Shown here piece after piece: positions 47,409 to 61,515 of a stretch of 64,000 bases of DNA. Position numbers and translations under genes: made by a program. The stretch lies in the NCBI RefSeq assembly GCF_009914755.1, contig NC_060947.1. One strand, given 5' to 3'. Each line of letters opens with the position of its first letter. The first letter of the stretch is position 1. The DNA is from the human T2T-CHM13v2.0 reference genome, Homo sapiens. The notes under the pieces are model-generated. The model was not told where the DNA came from. It saw only the letters and a list, made by a program, of their open reading frames with translations, and ran no database searches.

Positions 47409-48035
47409 TGTCTTAATTGTTATTGATTGCTGCATAAAAAACTACCCCAAGCATATCAAGTTAAAATGATAAGCAGTTTTTCTCTGAGAGTTCTGTAGAT
47501 CAGGGATCCGGGTATGGCTTAACTGGATCCTCTACTTCCCAGTCTCTCACAAGGCTGCCAGCCCAGGGACAACAGTCTCATCTGTAGGCCTGACTGGGGA
47601 AGGATTGACTTCCAAGCTCACTCATGCGGCTGTTGGCAGGATCCAGTTCCTCATCTGTAGGCTCAGCTGGGGAAAGATAGACTTCCAAGCTCACTCATGT
47701 GATTGTTGGCAGGCTCTAGTGGGTCGCTGGCCTGAGGGCCTCAGTTCCTCTATGGCTGTTGGCCAGAGACTTTCATCAGCTCCTCGCCAGCTGGCCTTCT
47801 CCATCTGGGCAAACACGCGTGCAGGAAGAGCCTGAGGGAGAGAATGAATGCCAGCAGGTCAGAAGTCACAGTCTTGTTATAGCCTAAGCATGGAAATGAC
47901 ACGCCATCACCTTTGCCAAATTTTGTTGGTTAGAAGCAAGCCACTAGGTCCAGCCCACCCTCAAGGGGAGGGAATTCCATAGGAGCATGGGTGCCAGGAA
48001 GGGGGATCCTTGGAAGCCATTCTGGAAGGCTGCCC
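47409..48035 (-). mobile_element. MLT1E/F-type MaLR LTR
   Basis: ttgctgcataaaaaactaccccaa...cttccaagctcactcatg (twice)...agaagcaagccactaggtccagcccac. Confidence 0.75.
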
Positions 48036-49752
48036 ACCACACCTGCTCCTGCACCCACCTCAGTATAGTGAGCCCCTTTGGGTATCAACCACCTTGACGG
48101 AGCAAATGGTTGATGGGCCACCTTGGACTGTGCTATGTGGCCTGCATCTATCTGATCCCACCTCTCTTCCAGCAGGCCCAGGACTCGAGTCTGCCTGGCC
48201 TTGCCTTCCTCCCCAAACCTACCAGCTACTCCTGGCCACTGAGCCCATGAGATGTCACAGCAGCTGAAAAGGGACCTGCTCCCTGTGACTGAAGCACACA
48301 CCCATCACTCGGGTGGGACTGGGACCCAGGATGGTGCTCCAGGCCTCTCCTGGTAAAACAGAGGTGAAGGGCTCAGCTCTCCCACTGAGACAGGGCCCAC
48401 CTCAGGAGAACACGGGTACAGGTGGGAGAGGGCTGGGTCCAGAGTTATCTGTGAAAGCTGCAGAGATGTTCTTGCTTTTACCCTCTGGGTTGGGATTCTG
48501 GGTAGAATCCCCCCAAGTTCTCCAGCAGGCATCACAGAAACATCTCTAAGGCAACGTGGGAGCACCCATGCCAGAGAAGGAGCTGCTCTGAAGCTGCGTG
48601 GAGACCCAGAAGTGTTCAGACGCCTAAGATGGGGGACCTACTCTAGGGAGGAGAGGAGTGAGTATAGATTGGGGATGGTTTGTGTGTCTCCAAAATGTAT
48701 TTAACTCAAAAGCAGAGAGAGATGTGAAGCACATATAGCAAAGCATTTTTAAGTAGGGATGGTGGCTGCTGTATTCTTCTCTCTGTTTTTCTGTAGGTTT
48801 GAAATATTTCAGTAGTACAATACTCTAAAAGTAGAAAACAGAAGAGAAGGAGGGGGCTCTCAGGACCCCTGGACTCCACATTTCCCAGGCGTGTCTCAGA
48901 GCCAAATGCGTCAAGCTGGGGGGTGGCATTGTGAACTTGTGAGTTTCCTAGGAACCCAGTGGTTCCATTAGGCTGTGGGGATCGGGACTGCAGGTGGCTG
49001 GACTCCCATGGCAGAACCTTAGCCAGGAGCAGAGCCATCCCGGAGAAGCCTGGGCTTTTTCCAGTTCTGGGAAGCATCCACCAGACTCAGCTCTTCCCAC
49101 TGCTGCTATTTTCTTGCAATATATATCAGGGGCAGCTTACAAAGAGACACGGTGTCATAATAAGAGACAAACAACCTGAGGTGATGGATATGAGGCCATG
49201 TGCTGGAGGGGCTCTCTCCAAGGTTGAGGTGGGGGTTGTTGTGGTCAGATTATAACTTAATGCCTCTGAAGCCTTTCCTGTGGATTCTGTGACATCTTCT
49301 CTCCTTCTGACCTCACCTCCCTGTCCCTCAACCTACAGCCCTCCTCTCCGGCCCAAGGGCTATCACTCAGTCAGTGCCCATCAGCCACCCTATATGAAGT
49401 GTTTGAAACCAGTAGCATGTTTACTGTCCATCAACCATTGTGCTATTGCAAAAGTGACTGGGGGACATGCAGTACTGCTCCAAGGTACGAGGACAGTAAC
49501 CCATTTGGCTAGGTACCCCGTGCCTAACTCTCTCTCCACAGCGACCCCCTTCCCTGCCACCTTCACCGAAAGAGGCAAACCATAAATCACAGGAGGTGGA
49601 TATTCATGTGGAGAGGGACATCAAATATCATAACACCAAAAGAGTCAAGTGTGCCAGTATGTATTTCAGGCCCACTGGGGTGAGCAGGGGCATGGAGCAG
49701 CCGAAGGGGCGTGGTCACCGTTCACGGCTCTGTGTCTGCGGCCCCCGTGGTC

Positions 49753-50391
<639 letters not shown>

Positions 50392-53300
50392 GTTTTCTGA
50401 GAAGTGCGATGTACATGTGGTGTCTGAAAGGACTTATTGTCAGAGGCCGGCAGAACTCTTCATTGTGCTGGGCCTCTGGCTCAGGGCCTGTCCCCCCCTG
50501 TGAAAATCCATCCCCGTGTCCCTGGCCTGGATCTTCACCCTCCCCTCCTGTAGATGAGTATGCTCTTTTCAAGCAGTTGATGATACATTCTCGTAAACTC
50601 CCTCACGTGCTGAGATGCCTCATTGACTAGTATCATCGCTTCCCTTTCCTCTCTCCCGACTCCCCCTTGAACCCACTCTAATCAGCTTCCAGCCCCACAA
50701 CGCGACTCTCATGTAGATGATTAAATGACGAATTGAAAGTGATGGTTTCTGATTTTCACATTACTCTACTTATATAAGCCTAAAGACTTAAGGGAAGATC
50801 TATTTCTGCATTGTTATCTTTAAGGTTTACTGAAATTCAAACCGGGGTACTTGCCAATTATATTTTTCCCCCCACCAGCTCCATCTTCATGTCAAGAAAC
50901 TCAGTGAGTAGACAACCCTGAAACTACCCCTAAATTCCCAGTGAGCCGAACCCCAGCATTGCTGGGGATCCACAATCAAACTCCAGGTTTCTCTTCTGTG
51001 CATTAGTGGAAGCCAACGTAGGGTGCTTGAGGGAAGCATGGATGTAGAAAACTGTGTCTCACGGAGCCCTGAGATTTTTAGCTATAATTTTTGAGTCAGG
51101 CTGCTCAGTCAAGGCTCAGGCTCAGCCTACGGGAGCCTTCCAAGGTCCTGGCCTTGAGGATGCCCAGGGGTCTGTCAAGGGCTTGACAGAACCCTTTTAG
51201 GACCCTGTGATGGGCCTTGAGACAGTGGCATCTGAGCCCCCAGGGCTCTGGTCTAGGAAGCATCAGTTTTCCCACCCTACTTCTAGTTATGATTGGTGTC
51301 AGGAGGAAGAAAGAATTTGGGGATGCACCATAGGGTAAATATATTAAAACTGTTTAATCCCTGACAAATGGCACTCCAAATGTGGAGTGCACATTTGGCG
51401 CGTAGCGTGAATCTGTGCCAATTCACACTACCAGCGTCAGAACCTCAGTATATGATACCCGATTGGTATCATTATAATTTTAAATGTTTGTCAGGTTGCA
51501 GTTTGAAAAGTGGAATCTCACTGTTATCTTAATTCCATTATGACTTGTGATGTGGAGCTCCTATTCCTTTCATAGTGGCCATTTGTATTTCTATAAATGG
51601 CCTGCTCAGATTGTTTGTTAGCTCTCTATTGTTGTTTGTTCTCGCATGTGTTTCTTGAGTTGTCTCATCAGAGCTCTCTGTATATTGCAAATGTGATTAT
51701 TTAGTCTGTTATAATTGAAGAAGATGTTTGCTCCCTGTCTCTCACTTGTGTTTGCATTTTGTTTCCTGTGTCTTCTTGCATGGACACTTTTCATTTGGGG
51801 TGTTCATACAGACTGCTTTATTCAGGCCTCACCACAACCATGTGAGGTTGTTCGTATTTACCTCAGTTTTCTTTTTGTTTGGTTGGTTTTATTTACATTT
51901 AATAAATGCTCATTGAGTTAGGTGTCAGAGGTACTCTGCACACTGGGGATAGAATCACCATAGTTCCATGCGCCAAGATCACACTGAGGGCTGGCGGCAC
52001 AGTAATGAGCTGTACCCTTACAGAGCTTTCCACCTGTAAGAGTTTCGGGCACACTCTTAAGCTTCTTTTTCTTTTCATTCATGATTTAAAAATGCATTAC
52101 TTACACATAATTGTACATATTTATGGGGTACCGTGTGATGTTTCAACCCCTGTATACATTGTATAATCTTCAAGTCAGGGTAATTACCATATTCATCACT
52201 TTAAACATTTATCATCTCTTTGCAGTGTTAACATTTAAAATCTTCTAGATTTAAAATCTTGAAGTATACACTACATTGGTATTTTCTATACTCGCTCTAC
52301 TGTGTAATAGAACACCAGAACTCGTTCTTTATGTCTAACCGTAACTTTTTACATTTTTGCCAACCTCTCCCGTTGCCCCACACCCCCTTCCCTCCCCAGC
52401 TTCTGGTAACCACTACTCTAGTTTCTGCTTCTGTGAAATCAACTTTTTAAGATTCCACATCTGAGTGAGGTGATGTGGTGTTTGTCTTTCTGTGCCTGGC
52501 TTATTTCACTTAACATAATGTCCTCCAGGTTCACCCATGTTGCCTCAAATGACAGGATTTCATTTTGTTTTATGGCTGGATGGTATTCCATTGTATATAC
52601 AAGCCACATTTTTCTTTATCCATTCATCTGTAGATGGGCATTTAGGTTGATTCCATATCTTGGCTATTGTGAATATTGCTGCAACGAACACGGGAGTGCA
52701 GATGTCTCGTCAACGTGATGATTTCCTTTTCTTTCGCTATATACCCAGTAACGAGATTGCTGAATCACACAGCAGTTCTATTTTCAATTTTTTGAGGAAT
52801 CTTCATACTGTTTTCCATAATGACTGTAGTAATTTTCATTCCCACCAACAGTGCATAAGTGTTCCTCTTTCTCAACATCCTCTCCAGCATTTGCTACTTT
52901 TTGTCTTTTTGATAATAGCCATTCTAACTGGGGCGAAGTGATATCACATCGCGGTTTAGATTTGCATTTCACCGATGATTGGTGATGTTGACTGTTTTCA
53001 TATATCCGTTGGCCATTTGCACATCTTCTTTTGAGAAAGGTCTATTCAGGCATTTTTCCCAATTTTTAATTGAATTATTATGAATTTTGCTATTGTTTGG
53101 GCTCCTTATATATTCTGGATATTAACCCCTTGTCAGATGCATAGTTTGAAAATACTATTTCTCTCATTCTGTAAGCTGTCTCTTTACTCTACTGATTGTT
53201 TCTTTTGCTGTGCAGATGCTTTATAGTCTGATATAATCCTATTGGTCTATTTGTGTTTTTGTTGCCTATGCTTTCGAGGCCTTACTGAAGAAAAGAATCG

Positions 53301-54204
53301 TTGCCCAGTTCAATTTCGTGAAACGTTTCCCCTATGTTTTCTTCTAGAAGTTTCACAGTTTCAGGTCTGACATTGCAGTCTTTAAGTCATTTTGATTTGA
53401 CTTTTGTATATGGTGAGAGATAGGGGTCTGGTTTCATTCTTCTGATTGTGAACGTACAGTTTGTCCAGCACCATTTATTGGGGAGACTGTCCTATCCTCC
53501 ATGTATGTTCTTGGCTCCTTTGTAGAAAATCAGTTGGCTGTTAATGCTTGGATTTATATCTGGGTTCCCTATAATGTTTTATTGGTCTATGTATCTGATT
53601 TTATGTCAGTGCCCTGTTGTATTGGTTGCTTTTGTATATTTCGAGGTCAGGTAGTGTGTTGTCTCCAGCTTTGTTCTTCCTGCTTGGGATTGGTTTGGCT
53701 ATCAGCATCTTTTGTGGCTCCATACAAATCTAGGATTTTTTTTTTCTATCCGGACTGTCATTGGTATTTTGACAGGGATGTCAAATGTCGAACATGGAGA
53801 TCACTTTGGTTAATATGGACATTGTAACAATATTAATTCGTCCATGAATGTGGGATCTCTTTCCATTTATTTGTGTGCTCTTCAGTTTCTTTTATCAGTG
53901 TTCTACAGTTTTCACTGTAGAGATCTTTCATCTCCTAGCTTAAGTTTATTGCTAGGATTTTATTTTTTATTTTTTTGTGGCTATTGTAAATGGAATTACT
54001 TTCTTGATTTCTTTTTCAGATAGTTTGCTATTGGCAAACAGACATGCTACTGATTCCTGTATGCTGATTTTATATTCTGCAACTTTACCGAATTCACTTA
54101 TTAGTTCTAATAGTTACTTGGTGCAGTCTTTAGGGTTTTCTCTATATAAGACCATGTCGTCTGTAAACAGGGACAATTTGACTTCCTCCTTTCAGGTTGG
54201 ATGC

Positions 54205-54569
54205 TGTTATGGTTTGGCTGTGTCCCCGCCCAGATCTCATCTTGAACTGTTGCCCCCATAATTGCCATGTGTTGTGGGAGGGACCTGGTGGGAGATAATA
54301 AAATCTTGGGGGCGGTTTCCCCCATACTGTTCTCGCGGTAGTGAATAAGTCTCACGAGACCTGTTGGTTTTATAAGGTGTTTCCCCGTTTGTTTGGCTCT
54401 CATTTTCTCTCTTGCCTGCCGACATGTAAGATGTGCCTTTTGCCTTCCATCATGATTGTGAGGACTCCCTAGCCACGTGCAACTGTGAGTCCATTAAGCC
54501 TCTTTTTAAAAAATAAATTACCCACTCTCGGGTATGTCTTTATCAGCAGCGTGAGAACAGACTAATACA
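54205..54569 (+). mobile_element. THE1 (B/C-type) MaLR solo LTR inside the L1MA
   Basis: tgttatggtttggctgtgtcccc...tttatcagcagcgtgagaacagactaataca; degenerate TSD gatgc/ggcgc. Confidence 0.93.
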
Positions 54570-54901
54570 GGCGCTCTTTATTTCTTTCTCTTGCCTAATT
54601 GCTCCGGCTAGAACTTTCAATACTAAGTTGAATTTAAGCAGTGAAAGTGAGCATTCTTTTCTTGTTACAAATCTTAGAGAAAAAGCGTCCAACTTTTTCC
54701 TATTCAGTATGATATTAGCTTTCGGTTTATCATATGCGGCCTTTATTTTGTTGAGGTATGTTTTTTACCTCTTTGCCCACTTTGCTGGGAGTTTCTATCA
54801 TGAAGGGATGTTGACATTTTTTGAATGCTTCTCAGCATCTATCGAAATGAGCATATGGATTTTGTCCTTTGTTCTGTTGATGTGAGGCATCACTTTTATT
54901 A

Positions 54902-55015
<114 letters not shown>

Positions 55016-56309
55016 TTACTAGGGATATTGGTCTTTAGCTTTGTTGTTTTGTCGTGTCCTCGTCTGGCTTTGGAATTACAGTAATGCTGGCCTCGTAAAA
55101 TGTGTTTGAAGCTATTCCCTCCTCTTCATTTATTTGCTTGTTTGTTTGTTTGTTTGTTTTTAAGCCTTTGAGAAGAATTGGTACCAGTTCTTTACATGTT
55201 TGGTAGAATTCACCAGCAAATCCATCAGGTCCTGGACTTTTCTTTGATGGGAGAGTGTTTACTCCTGCTTCAATGTCATTATTCCTTATTGTTTCTGTTC
55301 AGGTTTTCTATTTCTTTGTGATGCAATCTTGGTAGCTTGTATGTGTTCAGGAACTTATCTGTTTCTTCTAGATTTTGAATTTCTTGGCAGATGGTTGTTC
55401 ATGATAGTCTCTTATCATCATCTCCACCGCTGTTGTGCCAGTTGTAATGTTTCCTTTTTTTATCTCTGTTTTTATTTGAATCTTCTCTCTGTTTTCCTTA
55501 GTTAGTCTAGCTAAAGATTTGTCAATTTCTTTATCTTTTAAAAGGCTAACTCTTTGTTTTTTGATTTTTAAGTTGTTTTTAAAAAATCTCTATTTTGTTT
55601 ATTTCTGCCCTGATCTTTGTTATTTCTTTTCTTCTGCCAACTTTGGGTTTTTTTTTTTTGTTGTTGTTGTTCTTTTTCTAGTTTCTTGGGGCGTAACATT
55701 AGGTTGTTTATTTGAGATATTTCCACTTCTGTTACACAGGCATTTATTGCTATAAACTTTCCTCTTAGAACTGCATTTGCTGTATCCCATAGGATTTGGT
55801 ATGTTGTGTTTCCATTTTCATCTGTCTCAAGGAATCTTTAAATTTCCTTTTTCCTTTTTAATTCCTTCATTGACCCATCCATTGTTTAGGAGCATGTTGT
55901 TTCATTTCCACGACTTTGCCCAGTTTTCAATATTCCCTCTGTTATTGATTACTTCATTGTGGTCAGAAAGTACTCAATGTGATTTTGATTTTTAAAAGTT
56001 TGTTAAGACTTGCTTTGTGAACTAACGTATGGTCTATTCTGAGGAATGTTTCATGTGCTGTTGAGAAAAAATATATATTCTGTGGCTTTTGGATGGAATG
56101 ATCTGTAAATATCTGTTAGGTCCATGGGGTCTAGAGTGCAGTTTAATGCCGACATTAATTTTCTGTTTGGTTAATTTTCTGTTTGGATGATCTGTCCACT
56201 GCTGAAAGTGGGGTATTAAAGTCCCTCACTATTATTGTATTATGGTCAATCTCTCCTTTCAGGTCTTTTAATATTTGCTTTACATATTTGGATGCCCTGG
56301 TGTTGGGTG

Positions 56310-56540
56310 CATATATTTATAACAATTATAAGTATTTATATATATTTACTATATATATATTTACAAAATATGTATATTTACAATGGTTAGAATATACGTA
56401 TTTAACAATTAAATATATATTACAATATATATTACAGTTGTTAAAATATATATATTTTGTAATATATATTACTATATATACAATTGTTACAAAAACATAT
56501 GTATATATATACACACACATATATTTACAATTGTTATATC
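56310..56540. repeat. Degenerate AT-rich minisatellite (atatatttacaattgtt-like unit)
   Basis: Multiple imperfect tandem copies within L1 ORF2. Confidence 0.8.
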
Positions 56541-59340
56541 CTTTTGCTTTATTGACCTGTTTAACATCATATAATGGCCTTCTTTGTCTTTTTCTTTTTA
56601 TGGTTCTTGACATAAAGTCTATTTTATCTGATCTAAGTAGAGGTACTCCCACTCTGTTTTGGGTTCCATTTGCATGGAATGTCTGTTTCCAACCCTTTGC
56701 TTTCAGTCTGTGTGTGTCTTTGTCGGTGAAGTGAGTTTCTTCTAGACAGTATTTAGTTGGGGCTTGTGTTTTTAGCCACTCTATGTCTTTTAATTGGAGA
56801 ACTTAGTCCATTTACATTCAAGTTTATCATTGACAGGTAAAAGTTTAACACTACCATTTTGTTACCTGTTTTCTGTTTTTTGTTTTTTGTTTTTTTTTTT
56901 GGTAGATCTGTTCTTCCTTTGTTTTGCTCTTACTGTCTTCTTTTGCTGTTATGTATTTTTCTCTAGTAGTAAATCTTGATTCCTTCCTATTTATATTTTA
57001 GTGTCCCTATTATAGGTTTTTGCTTCGTGGTTACCATGATGAGATGTATAAAATATGTCTTATAATTACAACAGGTTATTTTAAACAGATAGCAGTTTAA
57101 CTTTAATCACAGGAAAAACGAACAAAAACAAACTCTACACTTTAACTCATCCCTCCCTCCACACTTTGACTTTCTGATGTTTTAAGTTACATCTTTTTGT
57201 ATTCTTATCTCTTAACCAATTGTTGTAGTTATTACTGTTTTGAACAGTTTTGTCTTTTAGGTTTCATACTTAAGATATATTTGGCAACCCGCGATGACAA
57301 TATTATAGCATTGTAAATCTGTCTGCTTTCTTACTATTACCTGTGAGTTTTATACCTTCGGATATTTTTTTGTTACATGTTAGTGTTCTTTTCTTTCAGA
57401 CTGAAGAAACCCCGTTAGCATCTCTTGTAAGACAGGTGTTGTGTTGATGATTTTTCTCACGTTTTTTCTTTTCTTTCTTTTCTTTTTGTTTCAGCAAGTC
57501 TTTTTCTTTCTTTTTTGCTGGAAGGATAGCTTTGCTGAATATGGTATTCTTGACTGACAGTTTTTTTCCTCTTCATCACGTTGAATGTATCATTCCTCCC
57601 TTCCCTGGCCTGCAGGGTCTCTGGTGAGAAATCCACTGAAAGCTGTATTGGTGACCCATTGAGTGTGATATGTTGTTTTTGTTGTTTTTCTCTTGATGCT
57701 TTGAGCATTTTTCTTTGCCTCTGATTTGTTTAAATAATTTGAATATGGTGTGCCTTGGGGAATTTGTCTTTGGGTTGAATTTTATTTGTCACCTCTGAGC
57801 TTCCTGTGCCTGAATGCTATGATCTTTCTCCAGATTTGGGAAATTTCAGCCGTTATTTTTCTAAATATGCTTTCTAGACCTTGTATTTTTTTTTGTCTTC
57901 TTCAGCAATTTCTATTATGCAGAGTCTAATTTTCTTGATGATGTCTTATAATTCTTAAAGGCCTTCTTCCCTCTTTTAAAATGCTTTTGTCTTTTTCCTC
58001 CTCTATATATGTTCTGTCTTGGAGCTTACAGATTCTTTCCCCTGTTTGGTCAACTCTGCTGTTAAACCTTTCTAATGAGGTTTTCAGTTCAGTCACTGTA
58101 TTCTCTATTTTAGGACTTCTGGTTTTTTTTTTTTTTTTTTTTAATTGTTTTTATTTCTTTGTCAAATTTTTTGTTTTGTTCCTGGATTGTTATTCAAATT
58201 TTATTTAGTTTGTTATCCATATTGTCATGTAATTCCCCAAACTTCTTTAGGATTATTCTGAATTGTCTGTCAGACATTCCATAGATCTTCAGTTTTTCTG
58301 GGTCTGTTACTGGAGTTTGGTTGGTTTCTTTTGGCGTGTCACATTTTGTGAGTTTTCACAATCCTTGTCTCTTTATGTTGATGTCTGTGTGTTTAAGGAG
58401 ATGCTCACCTCTTCCAGGTTTTGCAGCTGCTCCTTGGTGGTGTCAAACCTTTACTACTTAATATTGGAACTTAATCCCTGGCCAGCTGTTGCTTTCAGTC
58501 TGGAAAAGACTTACTGTGAGCACCAGAACTTAAATGCTCCACTTAACTATGTTGCTGCCCTGCCACTGTTTCTTGGTCTGGGGAAGACTTAAGCGAACAC
58601 TGGCCCATTATTGCCAACCTTTTAGTTCTTTCCAGGTCAAGGGAAGGCTCCATGTGATCACATGGGCTTAGTGAGAAATCTGGCCAGGGATCTGGGCCTT
58701 CCTGTGTGTTGCGCCCCCAGCAGTGCTGTGGTTCTGGCCAGTCTCCTCAGCATTGGCATGCCCACTGATCGTGGCACAGAGCAGCTGCCAAGATCCACGT
58801 GAGAGTTGCTGTGATCAGTGCACCCACTTTCTGTTCCCAATTCACCCCAGGTGTTTCAGCTCTCTTCTGGAACTCTGAAGGGTACCCGTGGGATAGGGCT
58901 GGAGGGGACTTCCCATGAAGATTCCCAGACTGATGGGGAGGTCACATGTCCACTTCCAGTTCCCTCCTTCCACCTCAGAAATTGTGGGTCTAGAGAAATT
59001 CTCTGTGAGTAGCATTATGCTGGTTTGGGGGAGGAGGTGGCACAGTCTAACGTGACTGTTGTTCCTCTTACTGGTTGTGGCTTTTCTCAGTTTTGTCATC
59101 CCAGGAAGTTTCCTTGCTTCTCCCCCAAGTTCTAGTGAAACCAGGGTGGTATTCTTGCCTTTGATTAATTTGTAGTTGTACTTTTGTGGGAAGAGTGGTA
59201 CTGTGGGATCATCTGTTCAGCCTTCTTGCTGACGTCGCTCCTCCTATTTACCCCAGCGCTCAAATGCAGAAAGCGAGGCTAAGAAAAGGTGCAGGGATTT
59301 GTCCCTAGATTCTAATCCAAGATCCCGACCTATGTGTGCC

Positions 59341-60782
59341 TAACTGGAAAGCTATGCAGTGACGTGGGCCCATGGCAGGCTATAGGCCAACATTAAAGCC
59401 CCATTCATACTGGCCTCCTCCTAGACACAGAGGGAACACAGCATGTAGCAGAAGAAGCCCTCTTTTGTCCTCAGAGGTGTGTGCCTACTTCAAAGCACAC
59501 AAGACAAGGAATGGCAGAAGAAGGGGCATAATAATGGGCCTGCTGGACAGGACACTTGTAGTGAGGGTTGGGAGATCTGGGGGCCAGGACAAGACCCACC
59601 ACTAACTGTGACTTTGTCTAAGCAACTGGCTCTCTCCTGGCCACTTCTCTAATAACCAGATAACAGTTCTGAGCCACCATTGCAAGTGTCGGAAAGGTGG
59701 GTTTTTTGACCCCAGCTGGGATAAAAGGAAAGGGGGTGAGACATACCTCCAGCAATCATTTCAGCAGCCCATAGCTCTTATCAATGCAACCTCTCAGGCT
59801 TAGCAGCTATTGCTAGTATCATCATGATTTGCATGTAAATGACTGCTGCTGGATGATGATCTGGGGACAAATGGCATCCAGAGCTTATCCCAAAGGGCCT
59901 GATCTCAAGGAACCTGATGGATGTTGCCTCTAGGCCTGGTACAACACCAGCTGCTCTGTGGAGGGGGCATCCCAAGTAATCTTCACAACCCCTCTGTGAG
60001 ACGCTTTCTTTCCCACTCCCACAAAGAGTAATAGCATCGGTCCTTCTCAACCACCCAGGACTGCTGTGAGGAGTAATGAGAAAGCTCCCAACAGCCCTGG
60101 AAGATATTAGAAAGTGAGATACACCTGCTATGTACCCACAACAACAGCAACAACAAAAAAACAAGAACATGAGGAACATGATGCAAGTCCAACAGATTAC
60201 TCATCCAGGCAATTGCAGAAAACATACCAGAGCTGTGTATTATGAGACAAATGGTCACCGACATTACTACTAATCATTAAATGCCCACTGATGATACTAT
60301 TCCCAGTGGAGTTACAAATGCCACCCAAAGAATCCATAGCTCCTGTCCTCTCGGTAGATATGGGAAGTCACTGTTACTGGGGACCAGGTTTTGCCTGGCA
60401 TGCCCCCACACGTTTTACCCCATCTAGTTCTCACAGCAAGTAAATAAGACAAGTCTAGCTCCTACCTCTGGGAGGAGGCTGTTCACCCTCCCCTCACAAT
60501 CCCCAGAGGACGCTGATGGATAAGTAAACCAAGACCAAAGCCTCCTAACCCATGCTCCATGGTGTGTGCCAATGGTTTATGATGTCTCTGCACTACAGGT
60601 CTTGTCCACCCTTAAGTGGCCAATTAGGGCCTGGGACAGCCTGCAAATATTACCCAACATGGTTGAGCACCACCAGTTTTGAGCCTCACCTTTACACCAT
60701 ACACCAAAACATACATGTGTTATCGTGTATGTAAACAAACTCCAAACCAAGCCGAAACAAGAACAGGATGTGTATAAATTTC
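59341..60782 (-). pseudogene. Putative multi-exon pseudogene of a four-TM claudin/PMP22-superfamily-like protein
   Basis: AG/GT-bounded exons 60782-60690, 60512-60466, 60232-60125, 59860-59747 and 59420 onward; translation shows W..GVWC..C, two hydrophobic segments with a Cys string, and YEWGF.VG. Confidence 0.5.
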
Positions 60783-60949
60783 CTGAATGGGGTAGAATTC
60801 TGGTTATTTCCTGTGTAATTGCCAAGTATGTTCAACGTAGCTTCTCAGCAACCCATCAGCTATATGAATCTTAGCAGAACCGAAGACTAGACCCGATTTC
60901 TTCAGCCTTTCACTGAATTCTCCTCCTCCGCCTGTGATCCCTATCTGGG

Positions 60950-61115
60950 TCAATGGTACCCCAGGGCCACAAGTCACTCAAGCCAGAAACCTGGGTGTCA
61001 TCCTTGGCCCCTTGCCTCTGGACCTTGCCCCAGGCCCACCTCCAGCCTAACACAGCACCGTTCTATCTATCCTATGAAAAGCATCTCTCAAGTAATGCCA
61101 CTTCCCTCCAAACCC
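60950..61115 (+). mobile_element. L2 fragment
   Basis: cactcaagccagaaacctgggtgtcatccttg. Confidence 0.7.
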
Positions 61116-61404
61116 TCCTCCACTAATTTTCCCCACAAACTTTAAAACCCACGAGTGAGTGAGTGCATTTTCTTTGGGCACAATTTCTCCCTATGCCCAT
61201 CTATTTTCTGTGATTGAGACTAGAGGTGTCTAAAGATGGCCAGTGAATGAATAAAATTGACTGGCAGGGTCACAGAAACAAGCAAAGCCCACGTTGACCC
61301 TCACTGGCATGATCTCATTACACTTCCTCATGCTGGAGTCCCAGGAAAGCCAAGTCTCTCTTTGTAATCAGTGCAGTGAGGATGGGTCAGCCTTTTATGA
61401 GAGT

Positions 61405-61515
61405 GGTCTTGGAGCGTGTGCTCCCCCTTGGGATGGCTTAAAGGTTGAGCTGCCCACCCTGTGATGCTGCGGGCACCACTCTGGGGGTTCCAGCGAGATG
61501 CAGCTTTCCCCCTAC
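61405..61515 (-). pseudogene. Third FAM236-related exon-1 relic
   Basis: Gapless 27-codon match to 50246-50326: PQSGARSITGWAAQPLSHPKGEHTLQD vs PQTGALSFARWAAAVFSLPKEEQTLED. Confidence 0.75.

Noticed and set aside
59747-59860. Alternative frame RAMGC*NDCWR| resembling FAM236 [11 protein letters not shown]|
   Set aside because: It is a short match with three stops in that frame. The phase-1 frame links better to the neighbouring exons and to the YEWGF motif. Kept only as an alternative reading.
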